64,000 nt of DNA from an uncultured Actinomycetes bacterium (GTDB lineage: Bacteria; Actinomycetota; UBA4738; HRBIN12), in NCBI GenBank assembly GCA_963816275.1, contig CAWFJU010000005.1:157900-221899 (forward strand). The letters are read 5' to 3'. Within the stretch, counting starts at the first letter, position 1, and each line of letters opens with the position of its first letter. The notes below the pieces were generated by a model. That model was not told the DNA's origin and ran no database searches. It saw nothing but the letters and a program-made list of their open reading frames with translations. The position numbers and the translations under genes were made by a program. Shown piece by piece: positions 60,078 through 64,000 of this stretch.

Positions 60078-60382
60078 ATGCCCGGCGAGATGGCCGACCC
60101 GCCGAGCATCGAGGTCCAGCGGACCGACGTCGAGCAGTTCCTCTCCCGGTTCACCGTGAACGTGAGCGATGGCCACGGCACGTCGACCCACGCGGTCACG
60201 CTCTCGGGTGCCGATTGGGAACGGCTGGGCGCCCGGTTCCGCTCCCCGACGACCTCGTGCGTGCGTCGTTCACCTACCTGCTGGCGCGCGAGCCCAAGGA
60301 GCAGATCCTGTCCTCGTTCGACCTCAGCCAGATCTCGACGTACTTCCCCGACTGGGAGCGCGAGATCGAGCCGCGGCCGTAG
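60078..60382 (+). pseudogene. Small conserved-looking hypothetical protein, reading frame broken once
   Basis: MPGEMADPPSIEVQRTDVEQFLSRFTVNVSDGHGTSTHAVTLSGADWERLG is in the frame of ORF 59349..60464. DDLVRASFTYLLAREPKEQILSSFDLSQISTYFPDWEREI is in the -1 frame (tail of ORF 59927..60382). The junction is at the C4 run 60244-60247. Confidence 0.55.
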
Positions 60383-61749
60383 CTACTCGGGGATCGGACA
60401 TGTCGTCCTGCGGCGCGAACTGCTCGCGGATCCGAGCGCGCCCACGCGGCGACGAGCGCCGTGAGCCCCAGGAACACGACGCCCGAGACCATCAGGATCG
60501 CGCGCGTCCGCGTGGGGTCGTTCTCGATCCAGACCACCGACAGGATCATCGCCGGGATGATGAAGCCCAGGTTGTACGCGACGTCGAACAGGGCGAAGGC
60601 GCGGCCCCGGAAGTCGTCGGGCATCGCCTGCTGCATGATCGTGTCGGCCGAGATCTTGCCCATGAAGAACGAGAAGAACCCGACGAAGAGCATCGCGGCG
60701 AAGCCGGCCATCGAGACGAGGCCGCCGAAGACCAGGGTGCCCGCGCCGAGCAGCACCATCGACGCGAGCAGCAGGCGGATCGGCGGGATCCGGTCCTTCC
60801 ACTTCTGCGCGAGGATGAGGCCGAGCGCGCCGCCGACGCAGCCCGCCGCCGCCCGAGAGCGCCAGCGCCACGTTGCTGGCGTCGCCGCCGCCCTGCACGA
60901 GGTTCTTCGCGTAGAGCGCGAACGTGAAGAGGCCGAAGCCCCAGAACTGGTAGCGCAGCATCTGGAAGGACGACAGGCCGAGCGCCGCCGGCGGCCGCGG
61001 CGGCGACCTCCTTGAGGCCGGCGACCATGTTGCGCACCACCTGGCGACGCCTCGCGGCCGAACGTGGACTCGTGCGGAGCCGCCTCCACGTGGTGCATCT
61101 GCGTCGCGACGACGACCGCCGCGACCAGCAGCACGCCGGCCCCCGCCACCACGACCACCCATGCGGGCAGGGCGGCGCCGGCGCCGAGCGCGAACGCGAT
61201 GCCGAACGATCTGGAACAGCGCGCCGCCGGCCTGCGAGAGCGCGTTGCCCTGCAGCAGGTCCTTGCCCGAGAGCACGTCGGGGATCGCGGCCGACTTCAC
61301 GGCGAGCACCACCCGGACGGCCGCCTGGGCGGCCAGCAGCGCCACGATCAGCGCGACGTCGTGCCGGGACGTTGCCCTCGGAGGTGGCCTTGCCGAGCGG
61401 GAGGATGAACGCGGCCGCGACGACCGCGACGATCGCCGCGCGACCCACGTTGGTCCAACGCACCACCTTGCGGCGCTGGAACCGGTCGATGAACACGCCG
61501 ATGAACGGCGAGATCAGCGTGTAGGGCACGTAGAGCGCCAGCACCACCTTCAGCAGGTAGTCCGCGGAGGGCACGGTGGAGACGTCGAAGCCCTTCTCGC
61601 CGCCGAACGCGATCGACTTGCCGATCGCGCCCTGGACCACGCCCTGCCCCGCCTGCGCCAGGAACTGCACGCCCATCAGCATGGCGAAGTCCGCGTTCGA
61701 GAAGACCCCGAAGAGCTTGTTGAAGAACCCGCCGAACGCTCTCGAGCAC
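60383..61749 (-). pseudogene. MFS transporter, at least five frame shifts
   Basis: MFS-like pieces cycle through the three frames: FFNKLFGVFSNADFAMLMGVQFLAQAG...FIGVFIDRFQRRKVV; LLAAQAAVRVVLAVKSAAIPDVLSGKDLLQGNALSQ; VVVAGAGVLLVAAVVV; LSSFQMLRYQFWGFGLFTFALYAKN; GGALGLILAQKWKDRIPP...MQQAMPDDFRGRAFALFDVAYNLGFIIP. Start and stop are approximate. Confidence 0.6.
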
Positions 61750-63849
61750 GCCGAGAGCCTGGCGCGCGAACCGGAGCACCGCGGCGACGCCGACCGTGGC
61801 GCGCCACCACCAGCCCACCCCTTGGTGGACGTGAGCGGTCCGCGCCACACGGCCAGCACCGCGATGCCCGTGAGCAGGCTGAGCACGATCGACATGCCCG
61901 GGATCAGCGCGATCCGGCTCGGCGTGTCGTCGCAGCTCGAACATCGGTGCGCGCGAGCCAGCCCGGGCACGACACAGGAGGAACACACCGAAGAGCACGC
62001 GGAGCAGGTGCTGGGGGTCGCTCGAGGGACCGGGTGGATCGACGAACGCGGCCTGCTGCGCGGCCCCGGCGGCCGCCGCCTGCGCCTTCCGACGACCTCG
62101 GCCGGCGGGCTCCACAGCCCGGCCCGTCGAGCACGTAGGTATCCGGCCCGATCTCGATGCTCGTGGTCGCCGCGTCGAACCTGCTGCTGACGGTGGCGTC
62201 GCACGCATCGATGGCGTTGCACAGCCCCCAGTAGTACTGGCCGACCACGAACACCACCGGGTCCTCGGGACGTGAGCCGGGTGGAACGCCGGCTTCTTGC
62301 CGTCGGGTCGCAACTGCAGTTCGTCGAAGTAGTTCTGCGACCACTGCGGGTCGAGGTGTCGTCGTACCCTCGCTGCCCTTGGTCGAGGTCGTGGGCCGGC
62401 CCGCCAGGAAGTTCTCGACCGTTCCGAGGTACGTGGCCGACAGCTCGCTCCTTGTCGCCCGGGATGCCGGTGCGGAAGACGTTCGTGTAGGTCTTGGCCC
62501 AGCCGTAGGCCGTGTTGGACTCGGTGACGTCGATCGCGTCCGTGTAGTTCACGACGAGCACGATGGGCCGATCGCCGGCGGCCGGCACGACCTCGCTCAC
62601 GGCCGCGAGCGAGGTGCGCACGCTCTCGTTCGCCCACTGGTTCGCCTCGCTGGTCCAGCGATGCTGCAAGCCGTCGGCAGGAGCCAGCCGAGCGACGCCA
62701 CCACCAGGAACGCCGCGATGGCGCCGGCGATCAGCGCCGGCCCCTTGAACCGCAGGAAGTAGCGGACGGCCACGAACGCGCCCAGGCCGACCAGCGCGAT
62801 CGGCGCCGCCGAGGCGTTCATGAAGCGGTAGTACGGGCAGGGTGCTGGTGAGGATGGTGAGCGCGCCGACGAACGGGAACATCCACCAGATCGAGACCGA
62901 CCGTACTGGTCGGCGCGGCTCGCGCGGCGGTCGCGACAGCAGGATCGTCGACACGACGGCGACGACGATGCAGCGGCACGATGATCGTCGGGTGCAGCGA
63001 TCCGATCCATCGTTCAGCCGGTCGGTGAAGAAGGCCTTCGTGTACGGCGGGGGCAGCGGCGGCGTCGGAGAGCTTCGCCTTCCCCCAGATCCCGATCACC
63101 CACATGGCGAGGCCGGCGATCATGCCGAACCCCGATCGACATCAGCAGCGGCCCGTCGCGCTTGAGCGCCGCGCCGAGCGAGAACCGGCTGGTGAGGAAG
63201 TGGAACCCGAACACGGCCATCAGGGTCAGGCCGAAGAGCACGCCCGTCGTGGGGTGCGTGAACGCGGCCGCCATGGCGATCAGGAACACGGCCGTCCGCG
63301 CCCCCCACGAGGTCTGCGCCGCGCCGGCGAACGCCACGATCAGCGAGAGCAGGAACAGCACCGTGATGTTGTCGAGGTACCCGACGTAGGGAGTCGTGAG
63401 GAAGATCGCGGCCGACGCGAGCATCGTGGTGAGGACGATCAGCGGGTCGCGCCGGCTGCGGAAGAGCGCGGCGCCGAACGCCAGGCCCGTGAGGATCGGC
63501 ATGGCGACCATGAGGAACGCGCTGAAGCTGTAGGCGCTCGATCCCGGCGACCCGCTGCAGCAGCGCGCCCGCCAGCGGCACCGTGACGCGGTAGCCGCCG
63601 CCGAAGACGCCCTTGGGTCCCCACTCCCGGCCACGCGCCGGGGTTGGCGTGCAGGATCACGTGCGCGCGCCACGTGTACCAGGCGGGGTCGCGCGTGGGC
63701 GCGGTGCGCGACGGGTTGGCGAGGAGCTTCCAGCCCAGCACCAGCAGGAGGATCAGCGCGACGCCGACGATCATCCACCACGCGCCGAGCCACGGGCTCC
63801 GGGCGTCATCGGCGCGGGACGTGCCCGTTCGCGGTGCGGTCAGGGCCAT
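61750..63849 (-). pseudogene. Large polytopic membrane protein with an extracytoplasmic domain (function unknown, possibly GT-C-like), at least ten frame shifts
   Basis: The start is MALTAPRTGTSRADDARSPWLGAWWMIVGVALILLLVLGW (ORF 63439..63849). Further hydrophobic and soluble pieces lie in alternating frames: SSAYSFSAFLMVAMPILTGLAFG...; MIAGLAMWVIGIWG; SIWWMFPFVGALTILT; YYRFMNASAAPIALVGLGAF...; HRWTSEANQWANES...NYTDAIDVTESNTAYGWAKTY; DPQWSQNYFDELQL; VVFVVGQYYWGLCNAIDAC; IALIPGMSIVLSLLTGIAVLAVW. The 3' boundary with the MFS gene is unresolved. Confidence 0.45.
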
Positions 63850-64000
63850 TCGCTCGTTCCTCGTGTCGTGGTCGGCGAGCCGGATCCGGGAGGTCCGAGA
63901 CCCGCAGGATGGTCCGAGCCGGCCTACTCAGGACCGCGCCTCGGGGAGGCAGGGCAGATCCTGCATCAGGTCCGAGGGGAACACGGCCTGGCATACACGG

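Overview
Very GC-rich segment (roughly 70% by eye, not computed). Gene content looks like Actinomycetota: WS/DGAT, a LipJ-like hydrolase-cyclase, a PatA-like GNAT/acyl-CoA-synthetase fusion, a ROK + MsiK-type sugar system, many GTG starts and frequent 4-nt stop/start overlaps. I call about 60 protein genes and one RNA gene, a selenocysteine tRNA (selC, 24342-24433). I found no rRNA, CRISPR array, transposase, integrase, phage or recognisable defence genes, so this reads as core metabolic chromosome, not an island.

Main blocks:
- 0.1-2.1 kb: two-component pair.
- 10.2-13.9 kb: Dpp/Opp-type solute-binding protein plus two permeases, with no ATPase.
- 31.5-45.6 kb: large amino-sugar cluster. It holds a ROK regulator, a CUT1 ABC importer, GH4, SIS, a NodB-type deacetylase, a BadF-type kinase, an MsiK-like ATPase, Eda, a KdgK-like kinase, a DegT-type PLP enzyme and a Gfo/Idh/MocA oxidoreductase. 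An identical 16-nt palindrome-containing site lies at both divergent promoter regions.
- 45.6-57.8 kb: housekeeping and lipid genes, a sigma-70 factor, and a cupredoxin/beta-helix membrane protein.

Points worth a second look:
- selC, with no sel genes or UGA-interrupted genes in view.
- A possible oxidative glucosamine-to-KDG branch next to a non-PTS chitobiose-like branch.
- A MoaD/ThiS-like protein ending in GG-YA, translationally coupled to a BNR-type beta-propeller.
- A solute-binding protein with a C-terminal membrane anchor.
- A very uneven distribution of single-base frameshifts at G/C homopolymers. There are about 7 in the first 23 kb, none detectable between 24.4 and 57.7 kb, and 20 or more in the last 6 kb. 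I think this is mostly an assembly artefact, but genuine gene decay is not excluded.

I did not find a convincing previously undescribed multi-gene system.

Limits: all calls rest on reading the supplied ORF translations, hand translation and hand folding. No searches or covariance models were run. Frameshift junctions and some start codons are approximate.
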